IMG/VR virus record: IMGVR_UViG_3300037067_008637
Location: 1 to 64,000 of that record
Reading direction: 5' to 3' (one strand)
Origin: a virus
Taxonomy: Duplodnaviria; Caudoviricetes
Length of the DNA: 64,000 nucleotides
Positions 1 to 10,700 of this stretch are shown here, one piece after another. Under the pieces are notes generated by a model, which was not told where the DNA came from, did not search any database, and worked only from the letters and a program-made list of their open reading frames with translations. The position numbers and the translations under genes were made by a program. The first letter of the stretch is position 1. Each line of letters begins with the position of its first letter.

Positions 1-1
1 T

Positions 2-247
2 CCACCTTTAGGGGTAGGATTGCATTTAAGAATATTTGAACCATGCGATAATAGATCCAAAACCGAAATAGCTAAAGAGATTAAAGAACAGATACGCAGA
101 TATGAAACACGAGGTAAAATCGGAGTCAATGTAATACCTTTAAGCAATCAGAAGGGATTCCGAGTGGATATAGAAATCAAATATGAAGGGGAAACTCGGC
201 ATGTTCGAGAAGTATATGATGAAAGCCTACTTAGGACGATGGACTAA
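2..247 (+). CDS. Baseplate wedge protein, T4 gp25/GPW-like (5'-truncated by window)
   Basis: Frame is open from position 2 (PPLGVGLHLRIFEPCD...IKEQIRRYETR), matching the gp25 pattern PxxGxxL..LFEP..I...I..YEPR; lies upstream of a gp6-like gene. Confidence 0.7.
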   Translation, partial: PPLGVGLHLRIFEPCDNRSKTEIAKEIKEQIRRYETRGKIGVNVIPLSNQKGFRVDIEIKYEGETRHVREVYDESLLRTMD

Positions 248-930
248 TGTCTAGAGCTCACATCACTCCTTGGCTACGGCGTCTCAATTATATTGAAGAC
301 TATTTTGCGCATGTATATGATTTGTATGCCGATGCTTATGTTCAAGCGTATCCTGTTACGTATTATTCAACAGACACCACAAACACCGTCTGGGATGATA
401 ATAATATGATGGGGGGAACATATGAGAAGCAAGGTGTTGGTGAATTCTCTGGGCAGCTTTGGCGGAAGATACAGATGTTTCCAGTATTTGGAGTGGAACA
501 AGTTCAACCAAATGAATCTAGTGATGAACAAGGTGGACTTGCTTATAATCAATTAGGAACTCAAATTGTATTTCCTTCATTGTATGGAATCATTCCTCTT
601 GAAGGGGATGTCGTGGATATGTCATTTGGATATAAAATGACTGCCGCACGAATGAAATTCCTCTATACAGTATCTAACATCAATCTGGCACATCAAAGTG
701 ATTTCTTTCAAATATATCAATGTCAGCTTAGGATGTCCCCGTTTAATGTTGGGGATTTAGAAAGACAAGTGAGTACAGATTGGATGTTTTATGAACATGA
801 AAAGATGATTGTGCCTCTTGAAAATGCTCAGTTATTATTAAAGCTACAAGAAGCATCAAGAACAACTACAGAGAAACTGAATCAGTTATTTGATGAACAT
901 AGTGGGTTCTATTTAGGAACCGTTGTCTAA
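247..930 (+). CDS. Probable virion structural protein (neck/baseplate region)
   Basis: 227-aa ORF translationally coupled to the gp25-like gene; function inferred from context only. Confidence 0.4.
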   Translation: MSRAHITPWLRRLNYIEDYFAHVYDLYADAYVQAYPVTYYSTDTTNTVWDDNNMMGGTYEKQGVGEFSGQLWRKIQMFPVFGVEQVQPNESSDEQGGLAYNQLGTQIVFPSLYGIIPLEGDVVDMSFGYKMTAARMKFLYTVSNINLAHQSDFFQIYQCQLRMSPFNVGDLERQVSTDWMFYEHEKMIVPLENAQLLLKLQEASRTTTEKLNQLFDEHSGFYLGTVV

Positions 931-942
931 AGGAGATTTGCA

Positions 943-3810
943 GTGTTCGATACAAACACCATGGAAATATTCTCTTCAAGAGATATGATTCGCCAACAGC
1001 TAATAGAGTATGCCGAATCATATATCGAGATTACTGCAATAGATCTTGCCAAGACATCATACTTGTCATATTTGATCAATGCTCTTAGTGTACTTACTGC
1101 AAATCTCATATACTACAACACAGCTACTTATAGGGAATTCTTTTTAATTCGTGCTCAGCAAAAAGAATCGGTATTAAATCTAGCTGCAATGATCGGTTAT
1201 ACTCCAACAGTTGCACATCCTGCAACCAGCACAGTTCTTTTATCAATTCCTACAGAGTTTGCAAGTTCAGTCGGGTTTACAATGTATGGATTAAATGATC
1301 CGGATCATACGGCGTTTAAGTTCTATGCCGGAGATATTGTATTTTCCTTGCAGAATGAAGTAAGGTTTCGTTTAATTATGGATAGAGGACGTCCATTAGC
1401 TGCAACAATTAATGAAATTGTTAGATACAGTGATGAGGATAATAACTATACTGTTGGCATTCATCCTATACGATGGAGATTTTCTAGTGACAGAAAAGTT
1501 ATTTATTTTAGTGTCAATGTTACCCAGGTTGAAGAAGTTACTGAAAAGTTTGTATTTCCTAGAATGCGTCCTTATGAATTTCATGATCAGTCTATTGCGT
1601 TTGAAGGAGAATTTGCTGGTATAAATCTTTCTACAACGGCCTTAAGGACTGAAAGTGTTCCCGTGCAAACTACGGGGGATGATGTGATATATAACCTCGT
1701 ACAGGTAGAAGAGGACCGTGTATGGTGGGAGGATAAAGCTTCTCTGTTCTTAATATCTCCAGGAGACTATGCTTACACATACAGAGTAAATGAAACAGGG
1801 ATTCGTTTATCATTCGGTAATGATATCATTGGAACACAGCCAACAGAAGGAAACGTTGGCACAGCAATTATTAGTGTAACCAAAGGATATGATGGAAATG
1901 TTATTGCCGGTACAATTGTATCTGCAGACAAGATCTATATAGATGTCGAGTATTCAGGAGGTATTACAAGAAGTCTTCCTGTGTTAATGAAATGCATCAA
2001 TACAGAACCGGCGATTGGTGGTACAAACTATCCAACAATTGATGAAATTAGAAACAATGCAATAGTACAAGTATCAACCAATGAACGTCTTGTAACACAA
2101 TATGATTATGAAAATGTCAGTGGTATTGTAGAGGATCTGCCCATACAACATTCGTTTCCAATCTTGAAGAGATCTGATTTAAAGAGAAATGAAATCACGT
2201 TGTTTACTGATATCATTTTTATGAATCAATATGTACCGACAAGAAATTCAGTTATTAAATTGAAGTATGCTGATATAGTTGATCAAAATGGCGTTGATAT
2301 CATAGGGTTAAAAGCCGGAGATATTGTAACAATTGATCCGTCTCGTTATGAATCATTAACCGATTTTGAAGACGTTGATTATGTTATGATGTATGATGTG
2401 GATATCAATACAACGACAAGTGTTGCTACCTATTATTATGTGTTGGATCACATTTCTACTACACCAGCCTTGAAAGAATATTATGTAGAGAATGAATCAA
2501 TTATACTTCCAACAACCTTGGAATTTGAAGTACTTAATAATGAACCTGGATACACGACAAGGCAGCTTAGACTTAAATTGTATTATCAGCATATATCTGC
2601 TGGTGTTAATGGTTATTATCCTCTTGATGAACTTGTTTGTAAATTAGAAATGAATGAGGACGGAGAGTTTTTAGATTTGGTAGCATATGATACCACAGGA
2701 GAAGATGGTGTACCTTTAACTTGGTTTCAAATTACTATAGATATGGATGATATTGATCAAGGTGACGTGTATTTTGATTTTCAGTTTACTACTTCAAACA
2801 CCCAAGCAATTGCTGCCAATGCAGAGAAAATTTGTAACGCTGATACAAATACAGTCATTAAACAAAATTTAGATGATTTCATGTACAGTAAAGTAAAAAT
2901 GTATTGGGGAAATGATGCTACATCCAATCCAGATGATTGGGGTTTGATGTATGATGTTCCTTTAATGAAAAAGGATTATTTGGATTTCTTGACTGCCAAT
3001 AATCAAATTGACAATTTCATACAGCAGATTGTACACAGAATTGTTACCTTTGATATGACGGATTATAGAATGTTAACGGATAGTGTTAATTTGAAATTTA
3101 GTAACACTACTGGAAAATTGACAAATATGAATTTCAATCCAGTAAATAAAGGATTTATTACAGGGATTGATCCTACTACATTGCCAGATCCTTTCTGTCC
3201 CACTTGCGGATATGCCTATGCTGTTACAAACAATACAAATTATTGGGCATCTGAAAACTGGGTAGAGGTAAGTGATGGTGAAGATAATACAGTATTGGTA
3301 GACGTTTGGAGTAAAATCGAAGGTGGGTTTATAGCTCGGTATAGTTTATCTGAACCTGGAAACTGGGTATTTACAACGTTGAATACAAATGATATTGTTT
3401 ATTATGATCCTGAAAATACAAGTGATCCAGAGCAATCAACTAAAATGATATTTAATGGAAACAATCTTCATAGCGTTACAAAAGATATTCCATTAGAATT
3501 TGAGGCGATTGTTTGGGTCGATAGTAATTTCCCAATGTCTGAAAATGCATTTATTAATACGATCAAATCAACTATCGCCAATCATTATATGGAATTAATG
3601 GGATATGATCACACGTTATATATTTCTGACTTGACAAGTGTTATACAACAAATTGATGGCGTTCTCTATTGTGATATCAAAAAACCCGCGCATGATATAT
3701 TCTTTGACTATGAATTTGATAATTTCTCCCATGAGGATTTATTGAGATATTCTCCTCAATTGGTTTATCTTGACACAAATCATATGAGCATTACTATAAG
3801 GAAGAGATAA
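943..3810 (+). CDS. Baseplate wedge subunit, T4 gp6/baseplate J-like
   Basis: N-terminal REFFLIRAQQKESVLNLAAMIGYTP, then LSFGNDIIG and GGTNYPTIDEIR...RLVTQYDYE, all typical of gp6; AAGGAG RBS before the GTG start. Confidence 0.8.
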   Translation: MFDTNTMEIFSSRDMIRQQLIEYAESYIEITAIDLAKTSYLSYLINALSVLTANLIYYNTATYREFFLIRAQQKESVLNLAAMIGYTPTVAHPATSTVLLSIPTEFASSVGFTMYGLNDPDHTAFKFYAGDIVFSLQNEVRFRLIMDRGRPLAATINEIVRYSDEDNNYTVGIHPIRWRFSSDRKVIYFSVNVTQVEEVTEKFVFPRMRPYEFHDQSIAFEGEFAGINLSTTALRTESVPVQTTGDDVIYNLVQVEEDRVWWEDKASLFLISPGDYAYTYRVNETGIRLSFGNDIIGTQPTEGNVGTAIISVTKGYDGNVIAGTIVSADKIYIDVEYSGGITRSLPVLMKCINTEPAIGGTNYPTIDEIRNNAIVQVSTNERLVTQYDYENVSGIVEDLPIQHSFPILKRSDLKRNEITLFTDIIFMNQYVPTRNSVIKLKYADIVDQNGVDIIGLKAGDIVTIDPSRYESLTDFEDVDYVMMYDVDINTTTSVATYYYVLDHISTTPALKEYYVENESIILPTTLEFEVLNNEPGYTTRQLRLKLYYQHISAGVNGYYPLDELVCKLEMNEDGEFLDLVAYDTTGEDGVPLTWFQITIDMDDIDQGDVYFDFQFTTSNTQAIAANAEKICNADTNTVIKQNLDDFMYSKVKMYWGNDATSNPDDWGLMYDVPLMKKDYLDFLTANNQIDNFIQQIVHRIVTFDMTDYRMLTDSVNLKFSNTTGKLTNMNFNPVNKGFITGIDPTTLPDPFCPTCGYAYAVTNNTNYWASENWVEVSDGEDNTVLVDVWSKIEGGFIARYSLSEPGNWVFTTLNTNDIVYYDPENTSDPEQSTKMIFNGNNLHSVTKDIPLEFEAIVWVDSNFPMSENAFINTIKSTIANHYMELMGYDHTLYISDLTSVIQQIDGVLYCDIKKPAHDIFFDYEFDNFSHEDLLRYSPQLVYLDTNHMSITIRKR

Positions 3811-4880
3811 TGATTCGTAATGATTATGTGAATCTAACATCTTCAGAGATAACATCTCTAAATAGATATATGTCAAATATCGTTGGTACAGAGTTATCTC
3901 TAATCACTCGGCCATGTTACAGTCCAAAAACAATCGTTTACAAAAATGATCTATTTTCTCACATGAAAGTATCCAAAGAATCTCTTGCTCTTTTCAAAGC
4001 TCAGATGGACAAAGAGTTTAGAAATGGATATGCAATGCTCAATGATCAATATACTATTATGCTCATAATGGGCATGTTGTATATGTCAAGACAAAAAAGA
4101 AGAGAAACTGCTAAGCTATTGTATACGTTTATTGCACTCAAATTCTATTCCAGTTTGGTACATATTTCTTTTCCGAAGTTTTGTAGTGATGAACTTTGGA
4201 AACTAACATTGACAAAAGTATCTCCAAAGCATTTATTTAGAGAAAAAAATGGTGTGCCGAATGCCCTTTTACATATAATTGAAATGCTGTATAAGAGATA
4301 TGAGCCCGTGCTTTCTGGCAAAGAAATTAGAGAAAAAGATTTAGTAAGAGTTATATATGATCTTAGGCACAGACTTTCACAGTCTTTGAAATCATTTGCA
4401 GAAGCATATTATGATTTACAGAAGAAAGGTGGATTCCTTAAAACATCCGGAGAAGAAGATGAAAACGCGGATGTACAATTGATATCCGATAAGATTTCTA
4501 TGTCCATATGTACATTCGGACAAGTTGACGATGTTGCATTAAACATAGCCATTGCAAAGAGTGGTATAAATAGAGATATTGGAACGTCCACAATCCTCGA
4601 AATATCTTCTGTAAATTATAAAGATAGAATGAGATTCATCCTTATACTTATGGGAAGAACTGGTAATATTAAACTTCTTTGCACAGAATCCGGACGAAAT
4701 AGCTTTGTGCGTAAAATGGAAACCGGTTTGAAAATAGGTAAGTATTCTGCCAGAGAAGAAATTCTATCAATGTTGTATTCCACTGAATTGGGATACCGAT
4801 TAAAAAGTATTTATACAACCCAGTTAGTTGTTTTCTTTTCTCATTATATGGCATTCTATATTAAAGGAAAGATCTGCTAA
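3810..4880 (+). CDS. Putative sigma-like promoter-specificity subunit (phiKZ gp68/AR9 gp226-like)
   Basis: Helical 356-aa protein; LKFYSSL...F...T...VSPKHL and DLVRVIYDLRHRLSQSLKSFAEAYY resemble this family as recalled; a phage RNAP is encoded in the window. Confidence 0.45.
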   Translation: MIRNDYVNLTSSEITSLNRYMSNIVGTELSLITRPCYSPKTIVYKNDLFSHMKVSKESLALFKAQMDKEFRNGYAMLNDQYTIMLIMGMLYMSRQKRRETAKLLYTFIALKFYSSLVHISFPKFCSDELWKLTLTKVSPKHLFREKNGVPNALLHIIEMLYKRYEPVLSGKEIREKDLVRVIYDLRHRLSQSLKSFAEAYYDLQKKGGFLKTSGEEDENADVQLISDKISMSICTFGQVDDVALNIAIAKSGINRDIGTSTILEISSVNYKDRMRFILILMGRTGNIKLLCTESGRNSFVRKMETGLKIGKYSAREEILSMLYSTELGYRLKSIYTTQLVVFFSHYMAFYIKGKIC

Positions 4881-5908
4881 CTAAGTATAAAGTCTGAGCT
4901 AAGACTGTCATAAAACAAATCTCTAAGTGGTGTTAGCAGTTCATCAATCTCATTAATAACAACAATACACTGAGTTTTCAAATCTTTTATGGCCGTGTTA
5001 CTCGCTACCTGTTTTGTGACAATTTGATATTTCACAGCAAGACGTTCTTGACTGATAGTATACATTTGATTTTTAAAACTTTCCAAATCACTAATCATAG
5101 CAAGTATCTCTAAACGCAAATCAACAGATATAGCCTTATATGAATTGATTGCTGCAACCCTTGCTGAGCCTTCTGACAAATTGACAAGTTCAATTGCATC
5201 TTTTGTTGTTTCCACATAAGCTTTTAATTCGGTTTTGGATTGAGCTAAATCAACACTCATCATAATCAATTTCCAATTAGAAACCGCTGTAAGAGCATCC
5301 CCTAAAAGATAATCGTAATAGTCGGCCGCAGCAATTGATCCTAAGGTATGCATTGAAACAAGAGTTGCCAGTTTAGTGTTGATTGAGTCTTCTATTGTTT
5401 GCAAGTCAAGTTGGTTTTGTATGTCACCATTTGTATCTATTGCTGCAATCACTGATTTTAGATTACTTAATTGGGTGGAATCTGTAATGGATTCCAGGAT
5501 ACTATAATATGATCCGCTTTCCACCATAGTTTTCAGATAGTTGCCAATATATGACATGCTGACTTTATTTGCTGTAGAAGTTCCTATCGGATCGGTAATT
5601 ATTGCTTCTAATGCATCCACATGGACTTTTCTTTTGATATCAAATTTGGATACAACTCTCAACTGAGCATCTATGCCTTCAAGATATGATTCAGCGCCTT
5701 TTAAATTACCCGTTTCCATATGTTGAGTTGCACCATGAATATATCTTAATTGATTGATAGTGTTTTGATATTCACGATTCATTAATATCAAATCATTTCC
5801 AAACATATCGAGAATGTTGCCATATGATGCTCGTGTTTTTCCTTGGGATTCAACTTTTGGATTCAGTAAATCACCTACACGAGTTAGTCCATTTAAAGAT
5901 GTAGTCAT
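4877..5908 (-). CDS. Hypothetical helical protein, probably virion-associated
   Basis: 343-aa ORF, last gene of the minus-strand tail cluster. Confidence 0.45.
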   Translation of the reverse strand: MTTSLNGLTRVGDLLNPKVESQGKTRASYGNILDMFGNDLILMNREYQNTINQLRYIHGATQHMETGNLKGAESYLEGIDAQLRVVSKFDIKRKVHVDALEAIITDPIGTSTANKVSMSYIGNYLKTMVESGSYYSILESITDSTQLSNLKSVIAAIDTNGDIQNQLDLQTIEDSINTKLATLVSMHTLGSIAAADYYDYLLGDALTAVSNWKLIMMSVDLAQSKTELKAYVETTKDAIELVNLSEGSARVAAINSYKAISVDLRLEILAMISDLESFKNQMYTISQERLAVKYQIVTKQVASNTAIKDLKTQCIVVINEIDELLTPLRDLFYDSLSSDFILS

Positions 5909-5911
5909 GTT

Positions 5912-7633
5912 TTACAATCCCACGCTTGCAGTTGCGCCAGCACTAAATCCACCATAACCCAAGGAACTATTATAAAATCTGTTGGAATCATTTAAGAATC
6001 CAGCAGCACCAAAATCAGAAGTAGTAGTTAAGTTACTTGGTACACCCAAACCACTAATATCAAAATTCTGTGCAGATAAATCCATACCTGCTGTCATAGA
6101 ATCAAATCCAGCAGTTACACCTCCAGAGAGAGAATCAACACTTCCAGATATACCGGACATTACTTCGGCATTTGCAGATATTCCAGATTCTAATCCTAAA
6201 TCTACACTTGCCCCTAAGCTCAAAGATGCAGCGGATGCTTCTGTTGGAATTCTAGCTGTAGCATATACAGATATCTGAGCTAACTGAGGAGATGTCGTTG
6301 CAAATACAGAATCTAATGGAGCAACTGCTGGTGCGCCAGAATCTTCTTTATATCCAGGTACTTTATAATCTACCCAATCTCTCATTGAATCAAAGTATTT
6401 TTTAAGTGTCGGCCGTTGGGAAGAATCATCATCAATCTCTGAATTTTCACTGCTAGAACCAACCATTGTCTGATATAAAGATTCAATCGTTATTTGTAAA
6501 TCAACCATACCAGCTTGTTGATGCCAAGTAATATCATTATTGTCTCCACCCTTGACTACACGAATAGATGTTATTGCTGCAGATGGTAGATAGAATAACC
6601 CAGGACATTTGGCTTGGCACATTACTGGAAAACTATAAGTCCATTCAGAATCAGCATATGGTACCACAAATGGTAGGAGTTCTGCTAAAGGTTGAAGTAT
6701 AAATCTTACATATGCTTGAGGATCATTTGGCCATGGATTGTACAATCTCACTGTAAAGGTATATGTTGGTTCAAATGATGAACCTTTCCATATATTTGGA
6801 AAATCAACTCTACTTCCGGAAAGAATTTGTGCTGCGGCGTTTGCTGCACCAGTAGAGTTTCCAAAAATTCTAGAAAGTTGAGCTTTAGAAGATTCATTTG
6901 CTTCCCGAATCCTTGCTCCAATTTGTTGTCCTTTTCCCCCAAATGGTTCGGCGATTGCAGCCATCGCATTCAATCCGCTATTTTCACCAGTAATTGATCT
7001 AAGGGATTGAAGCATATCAGAACCTTGATTAACCATTCCTTCAAAGATGGTATCATCATACTGATTGTTCCATTGTTCTCCAATGGATACATCATTCAAA
7101 TATGCGATTTGAATGGGAAATTGATTGTTTCCTCTTGTTCTAAATCCACAATGTTCAACAATATCATTCCACTGTTTAATACCTTTGGTTGTATCTAATG
7201 AAAATAGTTTTAATCCTGCTTTATCTCCACCTGAACCAAATGCTGGTAGTGCTGGTGTAAGTTCGAACACTCCCATTGTTGCATATGTTAGCTTGGATAA
7301 CATATCTTTCGGTCCGGGTTGTCCTCCATCTACCGAAGCATACGCATGAGGGGGCATTCCTATGATTTGTGGATCGGAAGATTCTTTATTAACAACTGGT
7401 GCAATTTGATCCGATTTCATTACACTAATTTCAGATCTATCTCCATATCTCTCATTTGGATATAAAGGGGATGACGGAGAACTATTTGTAGGACCATCAA
7501 TTCTGGTTGAAATTATTGGACCCGCTTCTAATGTGGGAATCGACTTTACATTATCTATACGCGCGGCAGTTATTTCTCCTGCTTCTAATACAGGGACAGT
7601 CTTTACATTATCAATTCTGGCGGGTGTTGCCAT
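5912..7633 (-). CDS. Putative tail tube initiator / baseplate protein (gp48/gp54-like)
   Basis: Core FPNIWKGSSFEPTYTFTVRLYNP...YSFPVMCQAKCPG...ITSIRVVKGG...VDLQITIESLY is tube-fold-like; lies directly downstream of the tape measure gene. Confidence 0.55.
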   Translation of the reverse strand: MATPARIDNVKTVPVLEAGEITAARIDNVKSIPTLEAGPIISTRIDGPTNSSPSSPLYPNERYGDRSEISVMKSDQIAPVVNKESSDPQIIGMPPHAYASVDGGQPGPKDMLSKLTYATMGVFELTPALPAFGSGGDKAGLKLFSLDTTKGIKQWNDIVEHCGFRTRGNNQFPIQIAYLNDVSIGEQWNNQYDDTIFEGMVNQGSDMLQSLRSITGENSGLNAMAAIAEPFGGKGQQIGARIREANESSKAQLSRIFGNSTGAANAAAQILSGSRVDFPNIWKGSSFEPTYTFTVRLYNPWPNDPQAYVRFILQPLAELLPFVVPYADSEWTYSFPVMCQAKCPGLFYLPSAAITSIRVVKGGDNNDITWHQQAGMVDLQITIESLYQTMVGSSSENSEIDDDSSQRPTLKKYFDSMRDWVDYKVPGYKEDSGAPAVAPLDSVFATTSPQLAQISVYATARIPTEASAASLSLGASVDLGLESGISANAEVMSGISGSVDSLSGGVTAGFDSMTAGMDLSAQNFDISGLGVPSNLTTTSDFGAAGFLNDSNRFYNSSLGYGGFSAGATASVGL

Positions 7634-7738
7634 TAAGGTTCTCTAAGCTCCTGTTGGGTTTTAACTGGTACTGATATTCTATTCAATATCCATATTCCTG
7701 TAGGTGACTACAGTACATGTTAGGATCATAATTTTGTC

Positions 7739-10700
7739 CTAGTTGTGCATATATCCACGTTGTCCAAGAAGCGCATTAATAACTTCTTCGACTTGAATAC
7801 GAATACCACTGTTACCTTCAGTTGTATTGGACACATTGGAGTTTCCACCAGAATTGTTAATCATTATTGGGCGAGCTCCTACATTCTGGAATACAACTTC
7901 TTTTCCATTACCCGCAGCGGTTGAACTCTTGCTTCCGTATTCTAATGCGGCAGATTTAGTCATTGCTGATTGATAGTTTTGTTGCAACTTGGCTAATTGG
8001 TCTGATTGAATTGGTAGCATTGTTGATAAGTCAATTACCACACCTTTGGGTCCTGAAGGAATATTGGCATTCATCATGGATGATAGTCCTGGCCCACCTA
8101 TATTTGATCTTCTGCCTGTTTCTATTCCTGCAAGTGATCCTGCTCTTGCTCTTGGCCCACCCATATCCATTGGGGGTTTTGTTCCTTGTGCTGCTTGTGC
8201 CATCACATCTTCAGGAGTAGAGGGCGTAAACAAAGATTGATTTGAAAACGATTTAACACTATCTTTCATGGATCCTGCTGCAAATTGTGCCATAGATCCT
8301 ATAGGTGCAAACAGTGCTTGCGGATCAATTTTTGATTCCCATCCAGCACCTTGATCATCTCCAATATCAAAATGTAAATGCGGTCCGGTAGAGTGTCCAG
8401 TATTACCAACTGCACCTAACACTTGTCCAGCTGTAACCGATTCCCCTTCTCTTACACTAATTCCTTTTTTCATATGCATATATCTAGAAATAAATTTATA
8501 ATTTCCAAGTTGATGTTCTACATATACAGCGTTACCTTTATCCGGGGCACCTGCTTGTCCAGGTTCCCATTTATCTTCGACACTTATAACTCTTCCTGGA
8601 AGTACAGCGTGGATAGCACCTGATCCGCCAATATCAATACCTTGATGTGGATGATCTCTTCCTGCTGTGGATCCAAATTTACTGGTTACTTGCCCACCAG
8701 AAGGAGGCCAGAATGCGCCACTTAGGTAATTTTTGGTTCCTTCTTTGACTTTCTGCCATTTTTCTAATAAACCTTGAGTAATATTCGAATTCATAACGGA
8801 ACTATATGATTTGGCAATACCACCTTTAATGGACGATCCAACCGCGCCCAATTTAGATTTAATCATTTCAATTACATCAGTTGGACTACCAGGAGATGCT
8901 TTTTGCGCACCAGTAGCTACGAGTTGTGCAATAGTTCTTGCACGAGATCTAACCTGTTTTGCATAATCAGAATCCAATACTTCATTTGCTGCACCAGTCC
9001 AATCCTGTTTCCAAATATTATTCCACATGCCTTGAAATTTACCAACACCAGAACCACCAAGGTTGAAAGTCATATCTGTTAATGCCGCTTGTCTATATGG
9101 ATCTAATTTTGCCCAATTATCCGGACCAATTAAACTTATCAACTCACTTTTGGCAAGTGAATAATCTTTCTCAAATAATGCGCCAGCTTCTTCCGCTGTA
9201 ATTTGCCCAGGAAAACTTTCTCCCTCTTTTAATAGATGCCCATATCCAATTGTTGGAAATCCTCTTGAATCCGTATATTTTGATGTACGTAATCCTTCAT
9301 GCTCCATCGTCATCTTCTTTGCTTTTTCCCAAAGAGACGATCCAGCACCCATTATTGCATCATAACCTCTACTAAGGGGATCTTTCCAATTACTTGCAGC
9401 ATTCGCTACAGACGTATAACCTGAAGAAATTGCACTTCCTGCAGCACTGGCACCACTCTTGATTCCACTCCATGCAGATGATGCCATATCACCAAGAGAG
9501 CCACCGCCCATAATAATACTGAAAATATCTTTAAATAGATTTGCAAATATTCCAACAATGCCGCCAAATCCTCCTGCAATTTCAGAAATTCTATTTCCGA
9601 ATCTATCTGTGTCAGGCGCAGCGGCAATCTCTTGAGCACTTGCTATCGATGATGGTGTTGATTTAGGAGGAGAAGCAGGAGTAGTCATTTCCGCCATAGA
9701 TCTAGCTACACCCGGCATGGTGGTATTAAATGGATCTTCTGGTTTAGCATTGAAATCCATTGTTCCGCCCATATGCTTCATAGGATCTAATGGTACACGT
9801 TTACCGCCTTTCATCATTTCCATACCGAAGTCAAGATGGGGTCCAGTAGATCTTCCAGTTGATCCAACAGTACCTATTTGCATACCAGCAGATACTTGTT
9901 GTCCTGGTTGTACTAATATATCTTTCAAATGATGGTAACCAGTGATTAATCCATTCGAATGTGTAATTTCAACTGTGTTACCTAATTGAGGTTTCTTCCC
10001 AGCAAATGAAACAATACCACTAGCAGATGCCGACACCATTGATCCATTCTTTGCAGCGATATCAATTCCTCTATGGAATGCTGGTTTCATTGCAAGAGGA
10101 TCCATACGAGGACCAAAGAATGAAGAGATTGGTCCATTGGTAGGCATTCCGAATCCACCTCTACCTAACAAGGGTGCCCATTCTGCTGCCATACCTTGTG
10201 TTGATCCAGCAATATCTAATTCATCTAATCCCTTACCAATCTGTTTGTATTTACCGAATGATAAAAGATCTAATGCTCCGCCCCACGGGGTTGCTCTGTA
10301 TGATTCCTGTTTTACTTCTTCTACGAGATTTCTACCTTTTTGATATTGAAGATTTTGATCGGCTTCTGTTTGATATGGGCTAGTCGTTGTTCCTTCCCCA
10401 AAATCTAATTCCGTTGCACCAGCCTTTTTCATTCTTATAGCATCACTTAATGCGCCAGATGCAAGTATCTGTGTAACAACAGCATTCTCTAAACGTCTTA
10501 CTCTATTTTCTGCTTTAGCTCTAGGAGATGGAGAGTCAATAAATGCTTGGAGGCCAGATATTGTGCTGGATGATACTGTATTACTTGCTTGATTAATTTC
10601 TTGAGGAGTTAATACTTTTTGATCCTTTAACAAATAATCTGATAGTTGCGCTAATTGCCCTTTCCACTCTAGGATTGTTCGAAGACGACTTATATAGTTT

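Noticed and set aside
1-20. TCCACCTTTAGGGGTAGGA resembles the CC-TTTA-GG IS605 end hairpins
   Set aside because: It encodes PPLGVG, which fits the gp25 PxxGxxL motif in frame; the stem is imperfect and upstream context is outside the window
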